Positions 35,710-44,478 of a stretch of DNA of 64,000 bases are shown in pieces. This DNA is from an uncultured Candidatus Rokubacteria bacterium (lineage in GTDB: Bacteria; Methylomirabilota; Methylomirabilia; Rokubacteriales; DASRDR01), in assembly GCA_963826115.1 (NCBI GenBank), contig CAWGVS010000004.1:128001-192000 (forward strand), in the 5' to 3' direction. Position 1 is the first letter of the stretch. Each line of letters begins with the position of its first letter. The position numbers and the translations under genes are program-made. A model generated the notes under the pieces. It worked only from the letters and a program-made list of their open reading frames with translations, ran no database searches and was not told the DNA's origin.

Positions 35710-36489
35710 ATGGCCGGACGGCTCGCCGGGAAGGTGGCGCTCGTGACGGGCGGGGGCGGCGGGATCGGCGCGGCGACGTGCCGCCTGTTCGTCCAGGAGG
35801 GCGCCCGCGTCGCGCTCGTGGACGCCGACGCGGAGGCGGCGGCGCGTGCGGCGGCGTCGATCGAGGGCGGGGACGCGCGCGTGGTGGCGATCGCCGCGGA
35901 CCTGGCGCGCGAGTCCGAGGCCGAGCGCGCGGTCACCGAGACGGTCCGCCGCTTCGGGCGACTCGACGTGCTCGTGAACAACGCCGGCGTGCGCCTGTAT
36001 GGCCCGGTCACCGAGGCCTCGGCGGAGTCCTGGGAGTGGATCGTGGGCGCGAACCTCCTCGCCGCCGCCCACTGCGCGAAGCACGCCATCCCCCACCTGG
36101 CCCGCCAGGGTGGCGGCACAGTCGTCAACGTGTCCTCGGTGGCGGCCGTGCGCGGCCGCGCCGGGATGGTCCAGTACGACACCACCAAGGGCGGGCTCCT
36201 CGGCATGACCAAGGCGATGGCGCACGACCACGCCGCGGACCGGATCCGGGTCAACGCGATCTGTCCCGGCGCGACCCTGACCGGCTTCCACGTGCGGCGT
36301 CGCGCCCAGGCACGGGGCCTCACGCTCCCGGCGGCGGAGGCCGAGCTGCGGGCCGAGCCGGTCCCGAACCTCTTGCGCCGCCAGGCCGACCCGATGGAGA
36401 TCGCGTACGGGATCCTCTTCCTGGCGTGCGACGAGTCGTCGTTCGTGACCGGCGCCGTCCTCATGGTGGATGGGGGCGCCGCCGCGTGA
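35710..36489 (+). CDS. Short-chain dehydrogenase/reductase
   Basis: TGGGGGIG, NNAG, YDTTK, IRVNAICPG, VDGG; GGAG RBS. Confidence 0.93.
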   Translation: MAGRLAGKVALVTGGGGGIGAATCRLFVQEGARVALVDADAEAAARAAASIEGGDARVVAIAADLARESEAERAVTETVRRFGRLDVLVNNAGVRLYGPVTEASAESWEWIVGANLLAAAHCAKHAIPHLARQGGGTVVNVSSVAAVRGRAGMVQYDTTKGGLLGMTKAMAHDHAADRIRVNAICPGATLTGFHVRRRAQARGLTLPAAEAELRAEPVPNLLRRQADPMEIAYGILFLACDESSFVTGAVLMVDGGAAA

Positions 36490-36609
36490 CGCCCGCCGCC
36501 TGCGCGGGCGCCGGGGCTGTCCCGGGCCCGCTTGGGAGCCATCCGGGCCTCTGGTAGGCTGAATGGCCAGCGCGCGGGGCCCCCGGGCCCCCGCCAGAGG
36601 GAGCCAGCC

Positions 36610-38130
36610 ATGATCCGCACACCCGCGGCGTTCCTGACCGAGGGCGAGGTCCGCCGGGTCCACGAGGCCTCCCTCGAGATCCTGGAAGACGTCGGGATGC
36701 TCGTCCGGAACGCTCGCGCCCGGGAGATCTTCGCCAAGCACGGCTGCAAGGTCGAGGCGGGCGGGGAGAACGTCCGGTTCCCGCGGGCGGTGGTGGAGCA
36801 GCACCGCGCCGGCATCCCGCCGAAGTTCACCTTCCGGGCGCGCGACCCCCAGTTCGACCGGACGGTGCCCGACGACGCGCCTGTGGTGATCACGGGCAGC
36901 TCGGCCCCGGACATGGTCGATCCGGCGACGGGCATCGCGCGGCGCGCGCTCGCCGCGGACATCGCGCGGATCGCCTGGCTCGTGGACCAGCTGCCGAACT
37001 ACGACATCTTCTCGGTCTCGACGCTGGCCGACGACGCGCCGCCCGCCTTCTTCTCGACCACGCGGCTCTACGCGGCGCTCAAGTACTGCCGGAAGCCGAT
37101 CCGCATCAGCGGCCCACCCGAGGAGCTCGACTCCATTCTCAAGCTCGCGCACATCATCGCCGGGGGCGAGGCCGCCTACATGGCGCGGCCGTTCGTCACG
37201 CACCACTACTGCCCGTGCGTCTCGCCGCTCACGATGGACTACGACTCCACCGAGACCCTCATCTACTACGCCGAGCGCGGCCTGCCGGGCCATCCGACCC
37301 TCGTGCCGAACGCCGGGCTGACGTCGCCGCTCACGCTCGCGGGCACGCTCGTCCAGGGCAACGCGGAGTTCCTGGCCGCCGTCGTCCTCGAGCAGATGGT
37401 CCGGCCGGGCAAGGCGACGATCTACTCGAGCCTCCCGACGGTGGCCGACATGCGGACGGGGGCCTACGCGCCGGGCGCGATCGAGACCGGGATGCTGTTC
37501 ATGGGCGTCGCCCAGCTCGCGCGCTTCTACGGGGTGCCGTGCGGCGGGTACATCGGCCTCTCGAACGCGAAGGTCAACGACGCCCAGTCCGGCTTCGAGA
37601 CCGGCATGTCCGGGGTGGCGGCGCTCCTCTCCGGCAACCACCTCTTCAACATGGCGGGGCTCCTCGACGCCCTCATGTCGTTCGACTTCGCGAAGGCGGT
37701 CATCGACGACGAGATCGTGGCGATGCTCCGCCGCATCCAGCGCGGGCTCGAGATCAGCGAGGAGAACTTCGCCCTCGACATCATCAAGGAGGTCGGGCCG
37801 GGCGGGATGTTCGCCGACCACCTTCACACCCTCGAGCGCATGCGGAGCACGGGGTTGCTGCCGGAGATCGCCGACCGCGATCCCCGGCAGGGCTGGATCG
37901 AGAAGGGCGGCCTCGACGCCCAGGGGCGGGCCATGCTGCGCGTCCGCGACATCCTGACCCGCGACGCGCCGAGCCTGTTCTCGCCCGAGGTGGACGCCCG
38001 GCTCCGGAGCGAGTTCGCCGGCATGGTCGCGGCGGAGTTCGCGCCGCCGGAGGGATGGACGCGCGCCGCCGACGAGACGCTGTCCGACCGCGCCGAGCGC
38101 CGGCGTCGGCGGCTCGCCCAGCAGACCTGA
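36610..38130 (+). CDS. mttB: Trimethylamine methyltransferase (MttB superfamily), non-pyrrolysine type
   Basis: VHEASLEILEDVG, SPL, TSPLTLAG..QGNAE, DMRTG, NAKVNDAQSGFE, AGLLD, VGPGG; no in-frame TAG. Confidence 0.92.
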   Translation: MIRTPAAFLTEGEVRRVHEASLEILEDVGMLVRNARAREIFAKHGCKVEAGGENVRFPRAVVEQHRAGIPPKFTFRARDPQFDRTVPDDAPVVITGSSAPDMVDPATGIARRALAADIARIAWLVDQLPNYDIFSVSTLADDAPPAFFSTTRLYAALKYCRKPIRISGPPEELDSILKLAHIIAGGEAAYMARPFVTHHYCPCVSPLTMDYDSTETLIYYAERGLPGHPTLVPNAGLTSPLTLAGTLVQGNAEFLAAVVLEQMVRPGKATIYSSLPTVADMRTGAYAPGAIETGMLFMGVAQLARFYGVPCGGYIGLSNAKVNDAQSGFETGMSGVAALLSGNHLFNMAGLLDALMSFDFAKAVIDDEIVAMLRRIQRGLEISEENFALDIIKEVGPGGMFADHLHTLERMRSTGLLPEIADRDPRQGWIEKGGLDAQGRAMLRVRDILTRDAPSLFSPEVDARLRSEFAGMVAAEFAPPEGWTRAADETLSDRAERRRRRLAQQT

Positions 38131-38155
38131 GCCCGCAGGCCTGAGGCCGTCCAGG

Positions 38156-38839
38156 ATGACTGACCTGACCGCGCTCCCGCTCGAGGAGCTCCTCGAGCAG
38201 ATCCAGGACAACCTCTACGGGGGCAACCCGGAGCCCGTCGTGGCCGGCGTCCACGAGCTCCTCCGCCGCGGGCTCACGCCGTACGACGCCCTCACCCAGG
38301 GCCTCATCGCCGGCATGGACGTCGTCGGCGAGGACTTCCGCACCGGGAAGCTCTTCGTCCCCCAGGTGTTGATGGCCGCGAAGGCGATGAAGGCGGGGAT
38401 GGAGGTGCTGCGGCCGCTTCTCGCCGAGACCGGCGCGCCCCGCATCGGCACGCTGGTCATCGGGACGGTGAAGGGCGACATCCACGACATCGGGAAGAAC
38501 CTGGTCGGGATGATGATGGAGGGCGCGGGCTTCCAGGTCGTCAACCTCGGGATCAACACCGACGTCGAGAAGTTCCTCCACGCGGTCCGGGAGCACGCCG
38601 CCGACATCCTCGGGATGAGCGCGCTCCTCACGACCACCATGCCGTACATGCGCGTGGTCATCCAGGCGCTGAAGGAGGCCGGCCTCCGCGAGAAGCTCAT
38701 CGTGCTCGTCGGCGGGGCGCCGCTCAACGCGGATTTCGCGAAGACGATCGGAGCGGACGCCTACTGCCGCGACGCCGCCAAGGCCGTCGCGACGGCGAAG
38801 CGCCTCATGGCGGAGAAGAACGGGACGCCCGTTGCCTGA
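38156..38839 (+). CDS. Corrinoid (B12-binding) methyl-carrier protein
   Basis: Cap domain GMDVVG..LFVPQV; B12 motif GDIHDIGKNLV, SALLTTT, VGGAP. Confidence 0.95.
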   Translation: MTDLTALPLEELLEQIQDNLYGGNPEPVVAGVHELLRRGLTPYDALTQGLIAGMDVVGEDFRTGKLFVPQVLMAAKAMKAGMEVLRPLLAETGAPRIGTLVIGTVKGDIHDIGKNLVGMMMEGAGFQVVNLGINTDVEKFLHAVREHAADILGMSALLTTTMPYMRVVIQALKEAGLREKLIVLVGGAPLNADFAKTIGADAYCRDAAKAVATAKRLMAEKNGTPVA

Positions 38840-39731
38840 CGGGCGCCGCTGGCGAGCGCTCCTCGCGGGACCCGGCCCGATCCTGGCCGACGGCGCCATG
38901 GGGACGATGCTCTTCGAGGCCGGCCTCACCTCCGGCGACTCGCCCGAGCGCTGGAACGTCGAGCGGCCCGACGTGATCCGCGGGATCCACCGCGCGTACC
39001 GCGACGCGGGTTCGCGCATCCTCCTGACCAACACGTTCGGCGGGAACCGCCTCCGCCTGGCCCTCCACGGCCTCGACACGCGCGTCGCCGAGCTCAACGA
39101 GGCGGCGGCGCGGCTCGCCGCCGAGGTCGCGCACGCGCCCGGCAGCCGCGCGGTGGTCGCCGGCGACATGGGCCCGAGCGGCGGGATCCTGGCGCCCCTC
39201 GGCGACCTCGAGCGCGACGACGCGGTGGCGGGGTTCGCCGAGCAGGCCGCCGCGCTCCAGGCGGGCGGCGTCGACGTGTTCTGGATCGAGACCATGTCGG
39301 CGCTCGAGGAGGTCGAGGCCGCGGTGGAGGGCGTCCGCCGGGCGGCGCCCGGCGCGCCGATCGTCGTGACGATGAGCTTCGACACCCACGGCCACACGAT
39401 GATGGGCGTGAGCCCCGAGCGGGCCGTGAAGGAGCTGACCGCGCTCGGCGCCGTCGCGGTCGGCGGGAACTGCGGACTCGGGCCGGCGGAGCTCCTGCCC
39501 GCGATGGTCGCGATGCGCGCGGCCGTGCCCGACGCGGTGCTGGTCGCGAAGCCGAACGCGGGGCTGCCCGTGCTGGAAGGCGATCGCGCCGTCTACCGCG
39601 GGAGCCCCGAGGAGATGGCCGACTACGCGCGCCGCCTCAGCGCCGCGGGCGTGCGGATCATCGGCGGCTGCTGCGGCAGCGCCCCCGCCCACCTCCACGC
39701 CATGGCCGACGCCCTGGGAGTGACAGCATGA
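38832..39731 (+). CDS. Stand-alone homocysteine S-methyltransferase domain (Bmt/split MetH)
   Basis: DGAMGT, TNTFGG, IETM, GGNC, KPNAGLP, GGCCG zinc ligands. Confidence 0.92.
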   Translation: MPDGRRWRALLAGPGPILADGAMGTMLFEAGLTSGDSPERWNVERPDVIRGIHRAYRDAGSRILLTNTFGGNRLRLALHGLDTRVAELNEAAARLAAEVAHAPGSRAVVAGDMGPSGGILAPLGDLERDDAVAGFAEQAAALQAGGVDVFWIETMSALEEVEAAVEGVRRAAPGAPIVVTMSFDTHGHTMMGVSPERAVKELTALGAVAVGGNCGLGPAELLPAMVAMRAAVPDAVLVAKPNAGLPVLEGDRAVYRGSPEEMADYARRLSAAGVRIIGGCCGSAPAHLHAMADALGVTA

Positions 39732-40696
39732 TGAGATTGCCTGCGCGCGTCACGATCTGCGAGGTCGGCCCCCGGGACGGCTTTCAGATCGAGCCCGAGT
39801 GGATCCCGACCGAGACCAAGGTCGAGGTCATCGATCGCCTGTCGGAGACCGGCCTCCCGCGCATCGAGGTGACATCCTTCGTCCACCCGAAGGTCGTGCC
39901 CCAGATGCGGGACGCGGAAGAGGTGATGGCGCGGATCCGCCGGCGTCCGGGCACCCGGTACGTCGCGCTCGTGCCGAACGACAAGGGCGCCGTGCGCGCC
40001 GTCGACGCGGGCGTCGACGCGGTCCACACCGTCGTCTCGGCGAGCGAGAGTCACAACCTCGCGAACGTCAACATGACCGTCGCGGAGTCGCTCGTGAAGC
40101 TCCGCGCCGTCCTCGAGGTCGCCGCGCGCGCGAAGGTGGCCGTGAACTGCGCGATCTCGACGTCGTTCGGCTGTCCGTTCGAGGGCGACGTGCCCATCGA
40201 GCGCCTGGAATGGGTGGTGCGGTCGCTCGTCGACATGGGCGCCCCCGGGATCGCGCTCGCCGACACGACCGGCATGGCGAACCCCCGGCAGGTGACGGAG
40301 ATCCTGGAGCGCTTCATCCCGCGCTTCCCCGGCATCGAGTGGACGCTCCACACGCACGACACGCGTGCCCTGGCGATTCCGAACATCCTGGCGGCGATGG
40401 CGTGCGGCGTCACCCACTTCGACAGCTCGATCGGCGGGCTGGGCGGTTGCCCCTTCGCCCCCGGCGCCTCCGGCAACGTGTGCACCGAGGATTTGGTCCA
40501 CGGCCTCCACGCCATGGGCGTCGAGACCGGCATCGACCTCGACCGCCTCCTCGCCGTCTCGCGGCGCGTGCAGGAGGTGGTCGGCCGCGCCCTACCGGGC
40601 CAGCTCGTCAAGGCCGGCCCCGCCACGCGCCGCTACCCCGTGCCCGACGGCGTCGCGGCCCGCGTGGCGGGCGCTCGAGGGACCGCCGGCGCGTAG
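39728..40696 (+). CDS. Hydroxymethylglutaryl-CoA lyase family (DRE-TIM)
   Basis: EVGPRDG, TSFVHPK.VPQM, ADTTG, HTHDT, GGCPFAPGASGN. Confidence 0.93.
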   Translation: MMRLPARVTICEVGPRDGFQIEPEWIPTETKVEVIDRLSETGLPRIEVTSFVHPKVVPQMRDAEEVMARIRRRPGTRYVALVPNDKGAVRAVDAGVDAVHTVVSASESHNLANVNMTVAESLVKLRAVLEVAARAKVAVNCAISTSFGCPFEGDVPIERLEWVVRSLVDMGAPGIALADTTGMANPRQVTEILERFIPRFPGIEWTLHTHDTRALAIPNILAAMACGVTHFDSSIGGLGGCPFAPGASGNVCTEDLVHGLHAMGVETGIDLDRLLAVSRRVQEVVGRALPGQLVKAGPATRRYPVPDGVAARVAGARGTAGA

Positions 40697-40806
40697 CGCG
40701 AACGACGAAGCTCGGACCGGAGGTCCGGGATGTTCGGGCATCTGCGCGCCGTGTTCTTCGTAGGCGTGTCCTTCGTAGGAGCGGATTCTTCAGGAAGGAG
40801 GCCTCC

Positions 40807-42042
40807 ATGAGGCGAACGACCATCGTGATCTCCGCGGCCATCGTGGCCATCGGCGTTCTTGCCGGCCTGGTGAACCCCGCGTCCGCGCAGTCCGTCACGG
40901 CCTACGAGGGCGCGCGACTGATCGTGGGCGACGGGCGCGCGATCGAGAACGCGACGCTGGTGGTGGACGGCGCGAGGATCGTTCGGGCCGGCGCGGCCGC
41001 CGATGTGCGGGTGCCGGTCGGCGCCGCGCGCGTGAGCCTCGCCGGCAAGACCATGATGCCGATGCTGATCGACACGCACGTCCACCTGAGCCCGACTCGG
41101 GACGGGATCGTGCGGGACCTGAAGCTGCGCGCCTACTACGGCGTCGGCGCAGCGCTGAGCCTCGGGACTGACGCCTACGAGGTGCTCGAGCTGCGCGGCC
41201 AGGCGATCCCGGGCGCCGCGCGGTACCTGAGCGCCGGGCGAGGGATCACCATGTCCGAGCCGGGGCGCACGACCGTGCCGTACTGGGTGGCGAACGAGGC
41301 GGAGGGCCGGAAGGCGGTGGAAGAGCTCCAGGCCCACACGGTCGACATCGTGAAGATCTGGGTCGACACGCGGGACGGGAAGTACAAGAAGCTGTCCCCG
41401 GCGATCTACGGGGCGATCATCGACGAGGCGCACAAGCGGGGGCTCCGGGCCACCGCGCACATCTGGGAGCTCGAGGACGCGAAGGGGCTGATTCGCGCCG
41501 GGATCGACGCGTTCGCGCACGGGGTCCGGGACCGGGACGTCGACGACGAGCTCATGGCGATGCTCCGGCAGCGTCCGGATCTGGTCGTCACGCCGAATCT
41601 CCCCGACCGCGGCGTGAAGGTGGACCTCGGCTGGCTCAAGACCGGCCTGCCGCCCGAGGAGTTTGCCAAGCTCGAGGCGGCGAACACCGACCAGTGGACG
41701 ATGCAGGCCGTCCACGCGATACAGGCGCGCAACCTCGCGAAGATGAACGCTGCGGGGGTGCGTCTCACGGTCGGGACGGACGGCAACCGGCCGTGGGGGC
41801 CGCACGAGGAGATGCTGGACATGGTGCTCGCCGGCCTGACGCCGATGCAGGTCATCGTGGCGGCGACGCGCAACTCGGCCGAGTTCCTCCGGCTCGCCGA
41901 CACGGGCACGCTCGAGGCCGGCAAGAGCGCCGACTTCCTCGTGCTCGACGCCAACCCCCTCGACGACATCACGAACACGCGCCGCATCGCGGCGGTGATC
42001 CTCCGAGGCGCGCCGCTGGACCGCTCCCAGCCGGTCCGCTGA
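40807..42042 (+). CDS. Secreted amidohydrolase family protein
   Basis: Signal peptide; IDTHVH, VKIWVD, TAHI, FAHG, GTDG, GKSADF; AAGGAGG RBS. Confidence 0.9.
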   Translation: MRRTTIVISAAIVAIGVLAGLVNPASAQSVTAYEGARLIVGDGRAIENATLVVDGARIVRAGAAADVRVPVGAARVSLAGKTMMPMLIDTHVHLSPTRDGIVRDLKLRAYYGVGAALSLGTDAYEVLELRGQAIPGAARYLSAGRGITMSEPGRTTVPYWVANEAEGRKAVEELQAHTVDIVKIWVDTRDGKYKKLSPAIYGAIIDEAHKRGLRATAHIWELEDAKGLIRAGIDAFAHGVRDRDVDDELMAMLRQRPDLVVTPNLPDRGVKVDLGWLKTGLPPEEFAKLEAANTDQWTMQAVHAIQARNLAKMNAAGVRLTVGTDGNRPWGPHEEMLDMVLAGLTPMQVIVAATRNSAEFLRLADTGTLEAGKSADFLVLDANPLDDITNTRRIAAVILRGAPLDRSQPVR

Positions 42043-42076
42043 GGGCGCGCCGACTGCGGCGGAAAGGCCGGGCGGC

Positions 42077-42457
42077 ATGAGCGGCGAACGTGCCTTCGAC
42101 GCGCTCGAGGCCTACCTGGCCTCGGTTCCGGGAATCTCGCCGCCCTTCGGCCACGGGCAGGAGCCCGCCGGCCGCTGGTGGGTCAAGTTCGCGATCGACA
42201 TCGGGCACCCGCTCGCCTGGCACGTCGTCCAGGAGCTCGGCCACGTCCTGAACTACCTCTCGACCACGGAGCGGCTGCCGACCACGTTCAAGCCGGTGTC
42301 GCCGCCGCCCTATCTCAACGGAGGCCCGCGGGCGTTTCTCTCGTGGGTCATCGAGTGCGCGGACCCGGGGTACGCGCCGGCCACCGTCGCCGAGTGGCTC
42401 GAGGGCCGTCTCCCGCGACCGGTGACCGATCTCGAGCAATGGGCGCGGGACGATTGA
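42077..42457 (+). CDS. Hypothetical protein
   Basis: 126-aa ORF with a globular, motif-rich sequence (WWVKF..HPLAW..QELGHVLNY..SPPPYLNGGP). Confidence 0.75.
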   Translation: MSGERAFDALEAYLASVPGISPPFGHGQEPAGRWWVKFAIDIGHPLAWHVVQELGHVLNYLSTTERLPTTFKPVSPPPYLNGGPRAFLSWVIECADPGYAPATVAEWLEGRLPRPVTDLEQWARDD

Positions 42458-42523
42458 CGCGCGCGCGGATCATCGGGGCGCCGGTGCCCGCCGCCGCCGA
42501 GGCCGCATGGTAGAGTCGCGGAC

Positions 42524-43465
42524 ATGCGGATCAAGTACCGCATCGGCGTGATGCCGGGGCCGTGGCCTCACGGCCCGGCCGGCCGCGACCTCTTCTGGCA
42601 GTTCGTGGAGCTCTGCGAGAAGAGCGAGCTCGACTCGGTGTGGTTCTCGGAGCGCCTGTCCTCGCCGCTCCCGGTGCCCGAGCCGATGACCGCGATGGCC
42701 GCGGTCGCGGCCCGGACGACGCGGCTCAAGTTCGGCCCGAGCGTGTTCATCACGCCGTTTCGGTCGCCGGTCGTGGCCGCGCGCGAGATCGCGATGATCG
42801 ACTACCTCTCGAACGGCCGCATGCTGCCCGCGTTCGGCATCGGCGTCGATCAGCCGCGGGAGTTCGATGCGGCGGGGGTGCCGTTCCGCGAGCGCGCGCG
42901 GCGCACCGACGAGGCGATCGCGATCATGCGGCGGTGTTGGAGCGAGGACGAGGTCACGTTCGCCGGCGAGTTCTGGCGCCTGGACCGCATCAGCGTCCTG
43001 CCGAAACCCGTCCAGCAGCCGATGCCGCTCTGGATCGGCGGCAACAGCGAGGCCGCGATGCGGCGGGCCGGGCGGCTCGGCGACGGCTGGATCCCGTCCT
43101 TCATCACGCCGGAGCAGCTCGCCGTCGGCGTGGAGAAGGCCCAGGCCTTCGCGGCCGAGGCGGGACGCGAGATCGCCGTCGATCACTTCGGCGCGCTCTT
43201 CTACTACTGCCTCGATCCCGACGCGGGGGCCGCCCGCCGGCTGGCGGAGCCCTTCATCCCGAAGGGGCGCGTGGACGACGCGACGCTCGCGCGCTGCACG
43301 GCGTTCGGGCCGCCCGCGCGAGTCCGGGAGCACCTCGAGGCGTACGTCGCCGGGGGCGCCTCGAAGTTCATCCTGCGGCCGATGTGCCCGCCCGAGCGCA
43401 TGCTCGACCAGCTCGCCGAGCTTGCCGCCGAGGTCGTGCCGGCCTTCCACCGGCGCGCCAGCTGA
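42524..43465 (+). CDS. LLM-class flavin-dependent oxidoreductase
   Basis: DSVWFSE, AARTTRLKFG, IDYLSNGR, PKPVQQP.PLWIGG, GDGWIP. Confidence 0.92.
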   Translation: MRIKYRIGVMPGPWPHGPAGRDLFWQFVELCEKSELDSVWFSERLSSPLPVPEPMTAMAAVAARTTRLKFGPSVFITPFRSPVVAAREIAMIDYLSNGRMLPAFGIGVDQPREFDAAGVPFRERARRTDEAIAIMRRCWSEDEVTFAGEFWRLDRISVLPKPVQQPMPLWIGGNSEAAMRRAGRLGDGWIPSFITPEQLAVGVEKAQAFAAEAGREIAVDHFGALFYYCLDPDAGAARRLAEPFIPKGRVDDATLARCTAFGPPARVREHLEAYVAGGASKFILRPMCPPERMLDQLAELAAEVVPAFHRRAS

Positions 43466-43484
43466 CGGCCGGGCTCGCCGCGCC

Positions 43485-43790
43485 GTGCCCGTGCTCCGAC
43501 ACTTCGCCGTCCGGCGCGTCCGGGGGCCCGCGTGGGATCGCGCTCGGCCCATGCGGGAGCAGGCCCTCTGGCCGGAGCACGCCCGCTTCATGAACGCCCT
43601 GGCGGCCGAGGGCTTCGTCGTCCTCGGAGGTCCGCTCGGCGACGGTGAGGATGTCCTGCTGGTGATCCACGCCGACAGCGAGGCGAGCCTCCGCGCTCGG
43701 CTGGCCGCCGACCCGTGGACCGAGGCCGGCCTCCTCCAGGTGGCGCGCGTGGAGCCCTGGACGATCCTGCTCGACGGGCGGACCTCGTGA
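43485..43790 (+). CDS. YciI-like protein
   Basis: GPAWDRARPMREQ..EHARFM..VLGGPL..LAADPW. Confidence 0.75.
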   Translation: MPVLRHFAVRRVRGPAWDRARPMREQALWPEHARFMNALAAEGFVVLGGPLGDGEDVLLVIHADSEASLRARLAADPWTEAGLLQVARVEPWTILLDGRTS

Positions 43791-43863
43791 CGCGGGGACG
43801 GGGGCGGCGCCCGTCGCCCGACCGTCGTCCGCGTGTCCTGCGCGGGTGTGTATACTCGAGCCC

Positions 43864-44274
43864 ATGAACTCCTACTGGAACCACACGCAGTTCAACATCG
43901 AGCCGGCGAACCGCGACTTCTACCGCGAGCTGTTCTCGCTCCTCGGGTGGGCGGTCTGGCACGAGGACGCGAACATGCTCGGGCTGGGCGTCGAGGGCAA
44001 GGGCTCGTTCTGGTTCGCATCCGCGCCCGGCAAGCAGAAGACCGACTACGACCAGCTGGGGGTGAACCACGTCGGCGTCCGCGTGGACGAGCAGCGGGAC
44101 GTCGACACGGTCGCGGGGTTCCTGACGCGGAAGCACGTCGCGCCGCTCTTCGAGACGCCGCGCCACCGTCCGGAGTTCTCCGAGGGCGAGGGGCAGACCT
44201 ACTACCAGGTGATGTTCCGGTCGCCCGACAACGTCCTGCTCGAGGTGGTCTACATCGGTCCCAAGTCGGCGTAG
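43864..44274 (+). CDS. VOC/glyoxalase family protein
   Basis: NHTQF, FYRELF, GVNHVG, YYQVMFRSPDNVLLE. Confidence 0.85.
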   Translation: MNSYWNHTQFNIEPANRDFYRELFSLLGWAVWHEDANMLGLGVEGKGSFWFASAPGKQKTDYDQLGVNHVGVRVDEQRDVDTVAGFLTRKHVAPLFETPRHRPEFSEGEGQTYYQVMFRSPDNVLLEVVYIGPKSA

Positions 44275-44478
44275 CGGCGGGAGCGCCGGCGAGGCGCTCC
44301 GGCCCGCCCGACTCTGTCCCACCGCGCGCCCTACGGGACTCCGCATCGCGGCCGTGCCGCGTCTGAGCCCGCGCCCGTCGCGGGCGAGCCCCGTCCCCGG
44401 AGTCCCGGCGTCCCATCGGGAGTACAGTTTTCCTGAGAGGCCGCGCTCGCCACGGCGGCCCGTTTCCCGGGAGGCGCC

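Noticed and set aside
36610-38130. Pyrrolysine recoding in mttB
   Set aside because: The ORF is continuous with no in-frame TAG, and there are no pyl genes in the window.
39799-40806. Long N-terminal extension of the amidohydrolase
   Set aside because: It overlaps the HMG-CoA lyase gene; the RBS and signal peptide place the start at 40807.
44334-44407. tRNA gene
   Set aside because: Right size, but no GTTCRA T-loop, D-loop consensus or CCA on either strand.
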